NCBI RefSeq assembly: GCF_018350175.1 | Contig: NC_058368.1 | Coordinates: forward strand, 186,001-250,000 | Origin: Felis catus | Taxonomy: Eukaryota | DNA: 64,000 nucleotides | Reading direction: 5' to 3' | In this document: positions 22,321-36,988 of the stretch, piece after piece | How positions within the stretch are numbered: the stretch's first letter is position 1 | How the letters are laid out: each line of letters begins with the position of its first letter | The notes under the pieces: model-generated | The model's input: only the letters and a program-made list of their open reading frames with translations | Database searches by the model: none | Told to the model about the DNA's origin: nothing | Position numbers and translations under genes: made by a program

Positions 22321-24136
22321 TGATGCTCCTAAACCCTGATCTTGCTCTGTGAACCTCTCTCCCCATGTTATCTTCCTAACAATGTCTAGTTCATCCAGGT
22401 GGATTCCCATCCACTCTTCCCCAGCACAGTGCCCTCCCAAGGCTATTGGAAAGTATCCTGTGTCTGTGATGAGCATGGGCCACTGAAGCCTTCACCTGCC
22501 ACCTGCCACCTGCCCAGCCACACCCACACCCCTCACACAGTTACTGTGAGAATTCAGTAAAAGAGGGAATATAAAGATTTAGTTCAGGAGCTTATGCTTG
22601 ATAAATGTTAGACCATAATCATGTCTGGGCCCCTGTATTCAATATTGGTTCTGAGACAAGTCATTTGCCCTTTGAGTGTTGGTAAAAGGAAGTGAAACTT
22701 GCCTTGGTGCTTGTTGGCATTGGACTTAATTTGTCAAGTGCTGTAAGGTCTCTGTACAAGATGCAGTGAACCAGCAGAAACCAGGAATTTGCAGAGAAAC
22801 CTAGGGATTCTCCAGTTTAATGGGGAACGGGAGGCCAGCATCACCTGGAGTCCAAACTGTCAGGCAGAAATTGGAGCTGACCTTTATGGAAAGAGGCAGG
22901 AAGGGAGACCCAAGGCTGCTGGTAAAAGAGGAAAGTTGAGGTGTCATTTAGAGTATAAACTGGCCTCACCAGCCTGTTCATTTGGCTCCAGAGACCAGAA
23001 GGGGAAAGCAGTAGTATCTTGGGAGAGAAGCAGCCCATGGCAGAAGGAAGAGGCATATTTCCCTCCTCAGGGGAGGGAAATCCATGCCAATTAGAGTATT
23101 GGTCTCTGGGGTCTGTTTTGAGGCCAGTACCCACTCAGCCCAGTTTCCTGCCAGACACTATGACTATGGGGTACAGTAGACAGATGTAGGTAAGATTTTC
23201 TTATTGACTAAGTCTAAGGTTGAACTATTTGCAATTCTTAGCTGCCCATTCAAGACTGAATGAAGGGTTTTCCTGCTTTGATTATCTGAGGAAGGTGATC
23301 AGCAACATAGAAAGTCTGTAGGCTTGCAAGGCAGAACATGCAGGAGAGTGTTGGGTGGGGCTATTTCCATATTTTATCTCATTTAATCTTTAAAATAATA
23401 TTTATGAGTAAGTATGGCCACCGAGCCCATTTTGCAGATGCAGAGGAGACTCAGAGAAGATGGCTGTTAGTTTGAGATTCACACCTAGATTTAGGTCTCA
23501 CTGTTTGGTGGTATAGAAATATAGGGCTCTGAGCTACAGAAGCCCTAAATCATTAAATGAATATAAATAGCTAGCATTGAGTGCTTGGTATGAACATGGC
23601 CTGAATGATTAATCTCCAGAGCAATCCATGCACACAGGTAAGTTTGTTATCCCCACTTTACAGAAGCCATGAATAACTGCAATGAACACAGCATCGTTTG
23701 ATATGTCTTTAAGTTGGCCTGTATCATAGTGATTAATAGCTTGGATTCAGTCACTTACTAGTGCTATGATTTTGAGCAAGTTTTCAGTCTCTCTCTGGTT
23801 CAGTGAGTTTCCTACTCTGTAAATGGAGGAAAATGTTACTTTTATCATAGGGCTACCACACGAATGCTTAATCAGAGCAAGAGTGAATCTAGATTTTTTG
23901 TAACACACATAGAAAAGGAGATTTCTTATTTTTTTGTGGATTATTCCCAAAATAAAACAATTCTAGATAGTCCTAGTCTTGGTTAGGAGTTGTATTTTAA
24001 GTCAGTGGGCAGAAAAATGGTTTACTCATCATAGGTTATTGAGCTAAGTAGTCGTTTAGGAAAAAAGTTTGAGCCATACATCATACCTTAGAGCAGTACA
24101 GATCCTAAATGTATCAGATTTAAATATAAAATATTA

Positions 24137-24335
24137 GGGACGCCTGGGTGACTCAGCCAGTTAAATGTCCAACTCTTGATTTCAGCTCACAGTTCATGAG
24201 ATCAAGCCCCAGATTGATTAGCGCAGAACCTACTTGGGAGTCTCTCTCTTCCTCTCTCTCTGCCCCTCCCCGAATCATGCTTTCTCTCTCTCAAAATAAA
24301 TAAACATTAAAGTATATATATATAATATATTTATA
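24137..24335 (+). mobile_element. CAN-SINE
   Basis: gggacgcctgggtgactcag..aataaataaaca; TSD tataaaatatta. Confidence 0.88.
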
Positions 24336-24919
24336 TATATAAAATATTAAACCATAACTATTAGAAGAAATTATGGGAAATTTTCCTTATAATCTTGGAC
24401 TGCAGCAGTCCTCGCTAAGTATGGAAAGACAAATCAGAAGTCCAAAAGAAATGTAAATAAATTTTAATACTTAAAAATATTTCAACCTCATAAAAATTAC
24501 CGTAAGCACAGTCAGAAAATTAATGACAAATATGAAAAAAATTTACAACTGAGATCAAACAAAAGGCTAATTTTCTGACATATAAAAAGCTCCTAAGAAC
24601 TAAGGCCCAAAGCTCAAAACAAACATAAGGTCAATATATGAATTATCTAGTAAGTGATAATTGTTTATTTTATGGCACATTTCTCTTATACAACTTGGTC
24701 CAGGGGACATAAATCCTTAGGAAAATATGAGAAAGATAAGTGTTTGTTAAGCCATACCAGCATTCAAATCAATTTCAGATGTTTTAATAATTGCAGACTG
24801 TCCAAACATAAACACAAAGTGCATTTGAAAAGTAATTTCAGTGGGATGCCATAGATTTCAAACATACCTACAGCTGTGTAACCTTGCTTTAAGGAAGACT
24901 TCTCCAAGAGATCTGTCCT

Positions 24920-25084
24920 GGGGCGCCCGGGTGGCTCAGTTGGTTAAGTGTCTGACTTTGGATCAGGTCATGATTTCATGGCTCATGAGTTCAAGCCCTG
25001 TGTCGGGCTCTGTGCGGACAGCCTGGATCCTGCTTCAAATTCTGTGTCTTCCTCTCTCTCAGCCCCTCCCCTGCTTCTGCATGT

Positions 25085-25127
<43 letters not shown>

Positions 25128-25152
25128 AATAAACAAACATTAAAAAGAAAAA
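24920..25152 (+). mobile_element. CAN-SINE
   Basis: ggggcgcccgggtggctcag..(TC)n..aataaacaaacattaaaa. Confidence 0.92.
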
Positions 25153-25794
25153 AGAGAGGTCTGTCTGTCTTTCTGTTTCGGGATTGACAACTGACAAGGT
25201 TAACAGGCTGACTGCCATGACCTCTCTAGCCCCAAGCGCTACTTCAAATACCAGAAATAAGAATTTGCATATTATTTCACTTAACTTACACTAGAGAACA
25301 AGACCCCAGTTTTAAAAACTGTGTTCCCCCATGGGTTTAGCAGAGTTTTGGGTCAATGAATATTTATTGAAATTAATAAGAAAGGAAGACTGTTGGTGAG
25401 AAAGAGCTCTAAAGTATAACTGTGCCTGCATTTGAACAGAGCCTCAATTGGGGTTAGACAGGGCAAATGCTCTTATATTGAATACTTAAACAGAAAGAAC
25501 TCAAAATGCTTTCCGTGGGGCTTTGGCAAAGACCAAGGCTCTTGCTGTATATTTTCCATTATTCTGAATTGGAATGCATTACAATGTAAGTATTTTCTCC
25601 TCTGAGTTCATAAATACAGTTAGTAACTCCTGCAAAAGGGAGCAGCCACTTTTAAAGATGTCACTGAATGTAATGAAATTTAGTCAGAAGCAAATTAACT
25701 GGATGCCTTCCAAAAGTACATAAAAAGATATCAAGACTTTTACCTGCAAAAAGTAACCGGGAGCGGGGGCGGGGGGGGGGGGGCGGGGGGGTGG

Positions 25795-26020
25795 GGCGGG
25801 AGCCTGGGTGGCGCCTGGGTGGCTCAGTCGGTTGAGGATCTGACTTTGGCTCAGGTCATGATCTCCTGGTCAGTGAGTTGAAGCCCCACCTCAGGCTCTG
25901 TGCTGACAGCTCAGAGCCTGGAACCTGCTTCAGACTGTGTGTGTGTCTCTCTCTCTCTGCCCCTCCCCTGCTCACACTCTGTTCTGTCTCTCAAAAATGA
26001 GTAAACATTTAAAAAAATGT
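25795..26020 (+). mobile_element. CAN-SINE with duplicated head and upstream poly-G
   Basis: gcctgggtggcgcctgggtggctcagtcgg; G-runs at 25764-25800. Confidence 0.9.
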
Positions 26021-26209
26021 AAAGAGTAGGGTTCATTATCCTAGTAGTATGTTAAATGTATTAATTCATTTAATACTCCCAAAGAGGTTAAGTACTATTT
26101 TTATCCCTATTTCATAGATTTAAAAAACTTAGGTGGAGAAGTTAAGCAATCCAAGGACACACAGCTAGAAAATAGCAGAGATGTGTTTCAAATCTAGGCA
26201 TTCTGGTTC

Positions 26210-26240
<31 letters not shown>

Positions 26241-26414
26241 AGCCATACCTAAAAGCCCAAAGTTGAGCTTTCTCCACCCTGACCTTCCTTAAATAGGTCA
26301 GGGGCCCCATGAGAATGTGGGATCAGCTGTTCTACAGCTATCAGGAAATGTTTCAGATTTGCATTGTCATTTGTATAGTGGATGCTTTTATAGCAACATA
26401 AAAAATATCAACAG

Positions 26415-27177
26415 TGTGATATTGTGACTTACAGTAAATATATATTTTGGGCTTCATCTACCAGCCCCTGGCTTCCAGCTCCTAAAACCTTTGGAATTTC
26501 CTAAGCAATAAAAGCAACAGGAGCATCTTTTGTAATAATATTTGACCTTTGGTCCTCAATTCCAGAAATTTCTTCAGAGCCAAAAAGTGAAATGGGTGTC
26601 ATGTTATTCATAATAAGGCCTTCTACCATACTTGAGTTTATGTTAATTAAATGACTTTTGGAAAGCCTCTAAGTAACTAGGTTTGGAAGCTGGTTGCCAG
26701 GGAAACCAACCATATGATTAAAGGGTTGGAACACTCAGCCCCACCCCTGACCTGCAGTGAGGTGAGGTGAGGTGGTACCTGGAGATTATTAAATCCAGTC
26801 ACCAATGGCCAGTAATTTAATCAGCCATGCCTACGCAATGAACCTCCAAAAACATCCCTGAACTGCCAGTTTGGACAGCTTCCAGGCTCGTAGACCAGCA
26901 TGCATCCACATTCTGGGATGGTGACACACCCTAAACGCCACAGGGACAGAAAGTCCTACATTTGGGACTATTCTGGACCTCACTGTATGTATCTCTTCAT
27001 TTGGTTGCTCATTCATATACTTTGTAATAAATCCTTAAACTAGTAAGTAAATTGTTATTCCTGAGTTATGTGAGCTACTCTACCAAATTAATGAAACCTA
27101 AGGACGGGGGTGTGGGAACCTCCAATTTATAGCCAGTCAGCACAGGTAACAATGTAGACTTGAAATTGGCATCTCAA
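26415..27177 (+). mobile_element. MER21-like LTR, 3'-truncated
   Basis: Starts TGTGATATTGTGA; ctcctaaaaccttttggaatttcctaag-like, ctggttgccaggggaaaccaacca and AATAAA motifs; ends abruptly at the L1 5' end. Confidence 0.7.
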
Positions 27178-28260
27178 GGGGGCTCTCGAGAAGATGGTGG
27201 CATAGGAGGACGCTGGGTTCACCCTGTCCTGCTGATCACTTAGATGCCACCCACCTCTTAACCCAGAAAACCGCCAGAAGACTAGCAGAACGGACTCTCT
27301 GGAGCCAAGTGTAGAGGCCCACGGAAGAGGGTAGGAAGGGTGGAGAGGCAGTGTGAGCTACACGGACTGGCGGGAGGGAGCTGGGGTGGTGGAGGGGCAG
27401 CCCCTCTGGCAAGGCAGAGCCCCTGAGTCTGACTTGCAAAAGCGAGGGGCTGGACTGCGTGAGTTCTGACAGCCAGCAGGACTTAACATCTGGAATGTTA
27501 AAAGTCAACAGCTCTGCTCGGAGAGCGGGAGGGCGAGAGGACACTGGGAGGGAGAGGTGTTGAGCCCTGGAGGACAGAACTCAGCTCGGTGGGGGAACAA
27601 AGGCTCTGGCCAGCGCCATCTCCCTCTCCCATCCCCCAGCCGAAGTCCCAAAGGGAACCAGTTCTCCTCACGAACTTGATTGCACCACGCAAACACCCAA
27701 CACTGTGCTTCTGTGGATCCATCCTTCCAACAGGTCTACCTGCCTCCCTCCCAGTGCTGCAGGGCCCCTCCTGCTGGGGACCACCAAGGGCAAAGCAAGC
27801 TAAGCCTGCCCCTCCCACCCCTGCGCACTTTGCGGATCCACCCCAGCTAATATGCCAGATCCCATCAAAGCAGCACCACAAGCCTGGCAGTGTGCAAGTA
27901 GCCCAGACAGGGGCCACACCACTCCACAGTGAATCCTGCCCCTGGGACAGGGGAAGATAAGGTACACACCAGTCTGACTGTGGCCCCAGCGGTGGGCTGG
28001 AGACAGACATTGGGTCTGACTGTGGCCCCGCCCGCAAACACAAGTTACTCCAGACAGCACAGGGGAAGAGCCCTGCAGTTCCACACCATTCCAGGGACTA
28101 TCCAAAATGACGAAATGGAAGAATTCTCCTCAAAAGAAACTCCAGGAAGTAGCGACAGCTAACGAATTGATCAAAAAATGATTTAAGCAATATAACGGAA
28201 CAAGAATTTAGAATAATAGTCGTAAAATTAATCGCTGGGCTTCAAAAAAGTATAGAGGAC
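27178..28260 (+). mobile_element. L1 5'UTR and first ~50 codons of ORF1
   Basis: GGGGG..AAGATGG L1 start, GC-rich UTR, ORF1 ATG at 28107 (MTKWKNSPQKKLQEVATANELIK, then ITEQEFRIIVVKLIAGLQKSIED after a 1-nt shift). Confidence 0.88.
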
Positions 28261-28264
28261 TTTC

Positions 28265-29086
<822 letters not shown>

Positions 29087-29499
29087 TAGAATATAAAGGA
29101 TTCAGCCCTAGAACTCTGCCAAATGGCAGGGGAGCAGCTGAAACTCACTCTGGATCAGAGGGACTAAGGAGTTCCATGATTACCATTTTCCCTCCACCAT
29201 GACAGCATGGACAGGAGCAGGGTTTGGGCATCCTGGCTGGTCTACTGCCTCAGTGGGCCCCAGGCTCCTAGCCCATACCAACCACAGCCATCCTACCAAG
29301 GCAGTCCCAGCATGGCACATACTAGAAAAATCCCCGGCATGGTGCATACTGGAACACATACTGAAACAGCTCCAGCCATCTTGCCTAGGTAACACAGGTA
29401 CAAACCTCAGTATACCTTCAGCACAGAGAGCTTAGGACTGTCCCAGCCATGTCCACATCAGCTTCAGCTGTTCTACCAAGATGCCCTCTGAATGAAGAG

Positions 29500-31890
29500 G
29501 GCAAGGGTTTTAAAAAACAAGGATAGGTTAAGGGATCTCTTGGATAATATCACACAAACAAATATTCACATTATAGGGGTCCCAGAAAAAAGAAGAGAGA
29601 AAGGAGCAAAAAAAATATTTGAAGAAATAATACTTGAAAGCTTCCTTAGCCCGGGAAAGTAAACAGACATCAAGGTTCAGGAAGCATAGAGAGTTTCAAG
29701 TAAGATGAACCCAAGGATTTCCACACCATGACACATAACAATGAAAATGTGAAAGATTAAAGATAAGGAGAGAATTTTAGAAGAAACAAGAGAGAAGCAA
29801 CTACTTATTTATGAGGGAAACCTTATAAGACTAAAGCTGATTTTTCAGCTGAAATTTTGCAGGCATTATATATTCAAAATGCTGAAAGAAAAAAAACCTA
29901 CAACCAAGAAGACTCTACCTTGCAAGGTAGAATTAAGAATCAAAAGAGAGAAGAAGAGTTTCCCAGACAAACAAAAGTTAAAGGAATTACCACTAAACCA
30001 ACCTTACAAGAAATGTTAAATGGAATTCTCTAAGTGGAAAGAACAGGCCTTAATTAGAAGAAAATTATGAAAGGAAATAATTTCATGAGTAAAACCTAAC
30101 ATACAGAAAAGGTAGTAAAGCAATCACTTATGAAGCTAGTATTAAGGTTACAAGATGAAAGTAGTAAAATCATTTATATCTAAAAAATTAGTTAAGGGGA
30201 CCCACAGAATAAAATGATGTAAAATATGATAACATATACATAAGATGTGGATAAGTTAGAATGAGTTTGAACTTAAGTGACCATCAACTTAATATAGACT
30301 GCTATATACTAAGGACATTACATATAGACCATATGGTCACCACAAAACAAAATCATATAATAGATAGCAAAAAATAAATAGAAAGAAAGCCAAGCATTAC
30401 ATTTAAAAAGTCATCAATCACAAGGAAAGAGAGCAAGAGAAGAAGGAAAAAACAAATAAGAACTACAAAAACAACCAGAAAACAATTCAATAAATAGCAA
30501 TAAGTACATACTATCAATAATTAATTTAAATTTACATGGTCTAAATGCTCTAATCAAAAGACATAAGGTAATAGACTAGATTAAAATAAAAACATAAGAC
30601 CCATCCATATGCTGCCTACAAGGGACTCATTTCAGACATAAAGACAAGTATAGACAGAAAATGAAAGATAGAAAAAGATATTCCTTGCAAATGGAAGTGA
30701 AAAAAAAAGAAAATATTGGTAGCAATATTTGATCAGACAAAATTGACTTTAAAACAAAGACTGTAACAAGAGAAAGGGCACTACATAATGACAAAGAGGT
30801 GAATCTAGCAAAAGGATATAACAATTGTAGATATCTATGCACCCAAAATGGGAGCACCCCTAAGTAATATAAATCAAATATTAACAGATATAAAAAGAGA
30901 AATTGACAGTTATACAATAATACCAGGGGACTTTAACACCCCACTTAAATCAATGGATAGATCATCCAGACAGAAAATGAATAAGGAAACAGTTCCTCTC
31001 AACAAAACATTAGACCAGATGGACCTAGCAGGTAATACAGAACATTCCATCCCAAAACAGCAAAATATAATTTTTTTAAGTGCACATGGAACATTTTGCA
31101 GAATAGATTACATGTTAGGCCACAAAACAAGTCTCAATAAATTTAAGAAAGTTGAAATTATATTAAGCATTTTTTCCAACCACAATGCTTTTTTGTGTGA
31201 CTTTATATCCTTGTTTATTATTTTAATTTTTAAATATAATTTATTGTCAAATTAGCTAACATAAGTGTATACAGTGTGCTCTTGGCTTCAGGAGTAGATT
31301 CATGTGATACATCACTTACATGAGCCACACCCAGTGCTCATCCCAACCAACCACAATGCTTTGAAACTAGAAATCAATTACAAGATAAACACTGGAAAAA
31401 ACACAAACGTGGAGGTTAAACAACATGCTATGAAACAACCAATGAGTAAACAAAGAAATTAAAGAAGAAATTTAAAAAAATACATGGAGACAAATGAAAA
31501 GGAAAACATAACAGTCCAAAATCTTTGGGACACAGTGAAAGTAGTGCTAAGAGTGAAATATATAATGACAAAATCCTACCTCAAGAAACAAGAAAATCTC
31601 AAGTAAATAATCTAACCATATACCTAAAGAAACTAGAAAAGAAGAACAAAACAAAGCTCAAAGTTAGTAAAGGAAGGAAATAATTAAATAACAAAGACCA
31701 GAGCAGAAATAAATGAAAAAAAAAAAAAAACTAAAAGAAAAAAAAAAGGAAAGAAAGGGAAAGTAAAAAAAAAAAAAAAAAGAATGAAACAAAGAGCTGG
31801 CTCTGTGAAAAGATAAACAAAATGATGAACCTTTAGCCGTACTCATAAAGAAAAAAGAAAAGACCCAAATAAATGAAATCAGAAATGAAA
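29500..31890 (+). mobile_element. Older L1 ORF1 3' part and ORF2 endonuclease region, with a nested antisense L1 tail (~31192-31345)
   Basis: GDFNTPL..RIDYMLGHK peptides; nested piece flanked by TSD ccaaccacaatgcttt. Confidence 0.88.
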
Positions 31891-34800
31891 GAGGAGAGGG
31901 AGAGGAGTTAAGGTGGAGAAGTATGAAGACCCTGGGCTTTTCTTGTCCCTCAAGCAAAGTAGTATTGAGGTCAGATCACCTAGAATACCCAGGAAATCCA
32001 TCTATAGACTGGCAGAAGGATCTCCACAGTTGGAGGGAGACAGCATGGCAGGTAGAGGTACACGGATGTGAATTGGGAGAGAGAAAAACAGCTGTACTGT
32101 GGAGGGGAGAGAACCCATTCCATAGAGAGGCAAAAGGAAGAGAAAGAGAGAGGGGTTGAGAGAGTGCAGCATTGGGTTCACCCAAGAGGAAAACCTCTCC
32201 AGACCACGGACTGGGGAGCAAGAGGTACTGAGTGTCACGTTGCAAACAACGTTTGGAGTTCAAATTCTGAGCTTTTGGAAGTGTGAGACTTTGGAGTGAA
32301 GCTGTGGCATGCACTCCAGGGGAGAAGGAGGACACTGGCCCCAGAGTGCATAGCACTCCCTTCCTGGAGTACCTTTGGAAGTGGGTATACTGCCTCTCCA
32401 AGGCCAAAAGACCCTGCAGGCACCAGCCAAAGGCCTTTCATCAACAGGGGACAGAGGGGCATGCAGAGGGCAGATAACCTGGTTGCTGCTTTTTGCTGTG
32501 CTACACCATAGATTCCGTGCACTGCACAGGCATGGGATCATTTTTCTTGGACAAAGGACATCAGACGCATTGTGGGGAGGCTCTACTCTGGAGGAGGGGG
32601 GTGGGTCCAAATGGTGCCAGGTAAAGATTTCAAGTTTTGAATCCCAGCTCCATGCCGAATATGTGGACCAGGACACACTGACTGCCCTTGCTATTCTGTG
32701 AGGGCTTACTGAACAGAATGGGTGTGAGATCCTCTGTCCAAGGACAAGAGAGTAGGTGGAGCCATTTCCCCCCCTTACTACCAACATCATGGGACTTTAG
32801 AGAGCAACAGAGCAGCCCTCAGTGGAGGTGGGAACTGCTGACACCAAATCCCAAACCCCTGTGCCTGGCAACTGCGTATTTACTGTGGCAGGTCTGACTC
32901 TTAGCCAGTGCAGCAGACTTCTCCAGAAGATCAGCACAGGCAGCACCCTGCATGCACCAAGTCTACTACCATTGAGTGCTTCAAAGCATCACCTGAGGTT
33001 CTTGTGTAAATAGGACAAGGCTTAATTTTTTCTTTTCTTCTACTTCTTTTTTTTCCCCTTTGAAACCAGGCTTACAGTTTTTTGTTTGTTCATTTCCTTT
33101 TCTCTTTTTTTTTCCTTTTTTCTCTTTTTTTCCCTTTTCTCTTTTTTCTTTCTGTTCTGTTTTCTTTTCTTTTTCTTTCCCTTACTTTTTCTTTGGAATC
33201 GGGTTTATACTTTTTTTTTTTAATTGTCTGTTTAGGTTTTTTTTTCATTCCTTTCCTTATTTTTTTTCTTTTTTTTTTTAGTGGGGAAATCAGGCCTTTT
33301 TTTCTAGGCTTATTTTAACAAACAAATTAAAACATACCTAATTAAAGTTCCAAATACTCCCCACTGCAAGCTAGGAGGAGCTCTGCAGAGGACTGACCAG
33401 TGGGAAAGAGCAGCCAAAACACAACAGCAAAGTGCACACAACATACACCAGAAACACTTTCCTGAAGTACCAGGCCCTGGGCAGTGTATGGCCCCTTTTA
33501 ATATAGCAGTACTCTCAGATTCAGGAAACATAACAAGCTTTTAAAACACACAAAAGACAGAAACAGCCAAAATGATAAGACAGAGGAATTCTCCCCAAAA
33601 GAAAGGTCAAGAAGAAATCACAGCCAAGGATTTGCTCAAGACATATATAAGCAATATATCTGAACAAAAATTTACAACAGCAGTCATAAGAATACTAGCT
33701 GGGCTTGAGAAAGGCATAGAAGACACTAGAGAAACCTTTGCTGTAGAGATAAAAGACCTAAAAACTAGTCAGGCCGAAATAAAAAAAAAAAAAAAGCTAT
33801 CACTGAAATGCAAAGCTTACTGGATATATAGTCACAACAAGGATTGAAGAAGCAGAGAAGAGAATGGGTGATAGAACATAAAATTATGGAAAATAATGAA
33901 GCTGAAAAGAAGGAGGAACAAAAACTATTAGATCATGAAGGTAGAACCCAGCTATTACATAAAGCACAATAATATCTACAGCATAAGAGTCCCAGAGGAA
34001 GAGCTGGGAAAAGAAGCAGGTTTATTTGAACCTCCTTAATCTGTGGAAGGAAAAAAGCATTGAAGTCCAAGAATTACAGGGAAATCCCCTCAAAAGCAAC
34101 AAAAGCAGGTCTACACCAAAACATATCACAGGAAACCTTACAAAACACAAAGATAAAGAGAATTCTGAAAGCAGCTAGGGACAAAATGTCCTTAACCAAC
34201 AAGAGTAGAGTAGACATATGGTCAGCAGTAGACCTGTCCACTGAAACTTGGCAGGCCAGAAGGGATTGCCAGGAAATATTCAATGTTCTGAAAAGGAAAA
34301 ATATGCAGACAAGAATTCTTTATCCAACAAGGCTGCCATTCAGAATAGAAGGAGAGGTAAAGAGTTTCCCAGACAAACAAAAACTAAGGGAATTTGTGAA
34401 CACTAAACCAGGCCTGAAAGAAATTTTCAGGGGAACTCTTTGAGTGAAGAAAAAATTAAAAAAAAGACCAAAGCAACAAAGACTATAAAGGGCCAGAGAG
34501 CATCACCAGAAACACCAACTCTATAGGTTAACACAATGGCACCAAATTCATATCTTTCACTAATAACTCTGAATGTAAATGGAATAAAAGCTCTAATCAA
34601 AAGACATAGGGTATCACAATGGATAAAAAAAAGCAATACCCATCTATATTATACCTAAGAAAGACTCACTTTAGACCTAAAGAGACCTGCAGATATAAAG
34701 TGAAGGGATGGAGAACCATCTATCATGCTGATAGACATAAAAAGAAAGCCAGAGTAACCATACTTACATTAGAAAACTAGATTTTGAAACAAAGATTGTA

Positions 34801-35384
34801 ACAAGAAGGGCATTACATCATAATTGAGGGGTCTATCCATCAAGAAGATCTGACAATTGTAAATATTTATGCCCCCAACTTGGCAGAACTAAATATATAA
34901 ATCAATTAGTAACAAACATAAAGAACCTCATTCATCATAATACCAGAGTATTAGGGGACTTTTAACACCCACTTACAACAAGGAATGGATCATCTGAGCA
35001 GAAAATCAAGGAAACAATGACTTTGAATCACACACTGGAATAGATGGACTTAGTAGATATATTCAAAACATTTCATCCTAAAGCAGCAGAATACACATTC
35101 TTCTCAAGAGCACATGGAACATTCTCCAGAATAGATCACATATTGGGTTACAAATCAGCCCTTATCAAATACAAAAAGACCAAGATCATACCATTCATAT
35201 TTTCAGATCATAACACTATGAAACTTGAAGTCCACAAGAAAACATTTGGGAAGTCCACAAATACATGGAGGTTAAAGAACATTGAAGTCCACAAGAAAAC
35301 ATTTGGGAAGTCCACAAATACATGGAGGTTAAAGAACATCCTACTAAATAATGAATTGGTTAACCAGGAAATTAAAGAAATTTT

Positions 35385-35604
35385 TTTTTAATTTTTTTTC
35401 AACGTTTTTATTTATTTTTGGGACAGAGAGAGACAGAGCATGAACGGAGGAGGGGCAGAGAGAGAGGGAGACACAGAATCGGAAACAGTCTCCAGGCTCT
35501 GAGCCATCAGCCCAGAGCCTGACGCGGGCCTCGAACTCGCGGACCGTGAGATCGTGACCTGGCTGAAGTCGGACGCTTAACCGACTGCGCCACCCAGGCG
35601 CCCC
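35385..35604 (-). mobile_element. Young CAN-SINE inside L1 ORF2
   Basis: TSD aaagaaattttt; CpG-intact SINE body. Confidence 0.93.
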
Positions 35605-35711
35605 AAAGAAATTTTTAAAAATACATGGAAGCAACTGAAAATGAAAACACGACAGTCTAAACCCTTTGGGATGCAGCAAAGGCAATCCTAAGACAGAAAT
35701 ATATTGTATAA

Positions 35712-35913
35712 ATTTTTTTTAATGTTTGTTTATTTTTCAGAAAGAGAGAGAGAGCCAGAGCATGAGTGGGGTAGGGGCAGAGAGAGAGGCAGACACAAAA
35801 TCTGAAGCAGACTATCAGCACAGAATCCAGCACAGGGCTCGAATTTGTGAACAATGAGATCATGACCTGAGCTGAAGTCAGATGCTTAACAGACTGAGCC
35901 ACCTGGGTATCCC
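35712..35913 (-). mobile_element. CAN-SINE inside L1 ORF2
   Basis: Reverse SINE; aatatattgta repeated near both ends. Confidence 0.88.
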
Positions 35914-36719
35914 AAGGGAATATATTGTAATTCAGGCCTATCTCAAGAAGCAAGAAAGATCCCAAATACACAACCTAACCTTACGCATAAAGGAGCTAGA
36001 TAAGGAAGAGCAAACAAAGCATAAAGCCAGCAGAAGAAGGGAAATAATAAAGATTAGAGCAGGAAAAAAAATGATATATAAACAAAAAAAAGTAGAAGAT
36101 ATCAGTTAAACTAAGAGCTGGTTCTTTGAAAGAATTAACAAAATTGATAACCCCCTAGCCAGACTTACCAAAAAGTGAAGAGAAAGGACCCAAAGAGATA
36201 AAATCATGAATGAAAGAGGAGAGATCATAATCAACACGACAGATATACAAACAATTATAAGAGAATACTATAAAAAATTATATGCCAACAAACTAGGCAA
36301 TCTGGAAGAAATGGACAAATTCCTAGAAACTCACAATCTACCAAAATTGAAACTGGGAGAAATAGAAAATTTGAACAAACTCCATAACTGGCAAAGAAAT
36401 TGAATCAGTAGTCAAAAATCGCCCAAGAAACCAGAGACCTGGGCCAGATGACTTCCCAGGGGAATTCTACCAGACATTTAAAGAAGAGTTAATACCTATT
36501 CTCAAACTGTTCCAAAAAACAGAAATAGAAGGAAAACTTCCAAACTCATTCTACAGAGCCAGATTTGCCTTGGTTCCAAAACCAGGCAAAGACCCCACTT
36601 TAAAAAGAATTACAGGCCAATATCCCTGATGAACATGGGTGCAGAATTTCTCAACAAGATCTCAAGATCTCAAGATCTCAAGCAAATAAAATTCAACAGT
36701 ACATTAAAAGAATTATTTT

Positions 36720-36934
36720 AATGTACTGTTTGCCTCCCTCTCTGTTTTTATATTATGGTTCCCTCACTTACTCTATGTTCACCTGTTGAATTTCTCAAAT
36801 TCCACATATGAGTTAAATCATATGATATTTGTCTTTCTCTGACTGACTTATTTCACTTAGCATACCTCCAGTTCCACCCACGTTGTTGCAAATGGCAAGA
36901 TTTCATTTTTTTCATCACTGAGTAGTATTCCACT

Positions 36935-36988
<54 letters not shown>

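Larger units (their letters stand above)
31892..36715 (+). mobile_element. L1 with 5'UTR, ORF1 (33572-34443) and 5' ORF2 (from ~34537), disrupted
   Basis: MIRQRNSPQKK, DLSTETWQARR..SFPDKQKLREF (ORF1); FSRIDHILG and [15 protein letters not shown] (ORF2); contains two SINEs. Confidence 0.93.

Noticed and set aside
24920..25000. tRNA-like A/B-box sequences in SINE heads
   Set aside because: These are tRNA-derived CAN-SINE heads, not tRNA genes.
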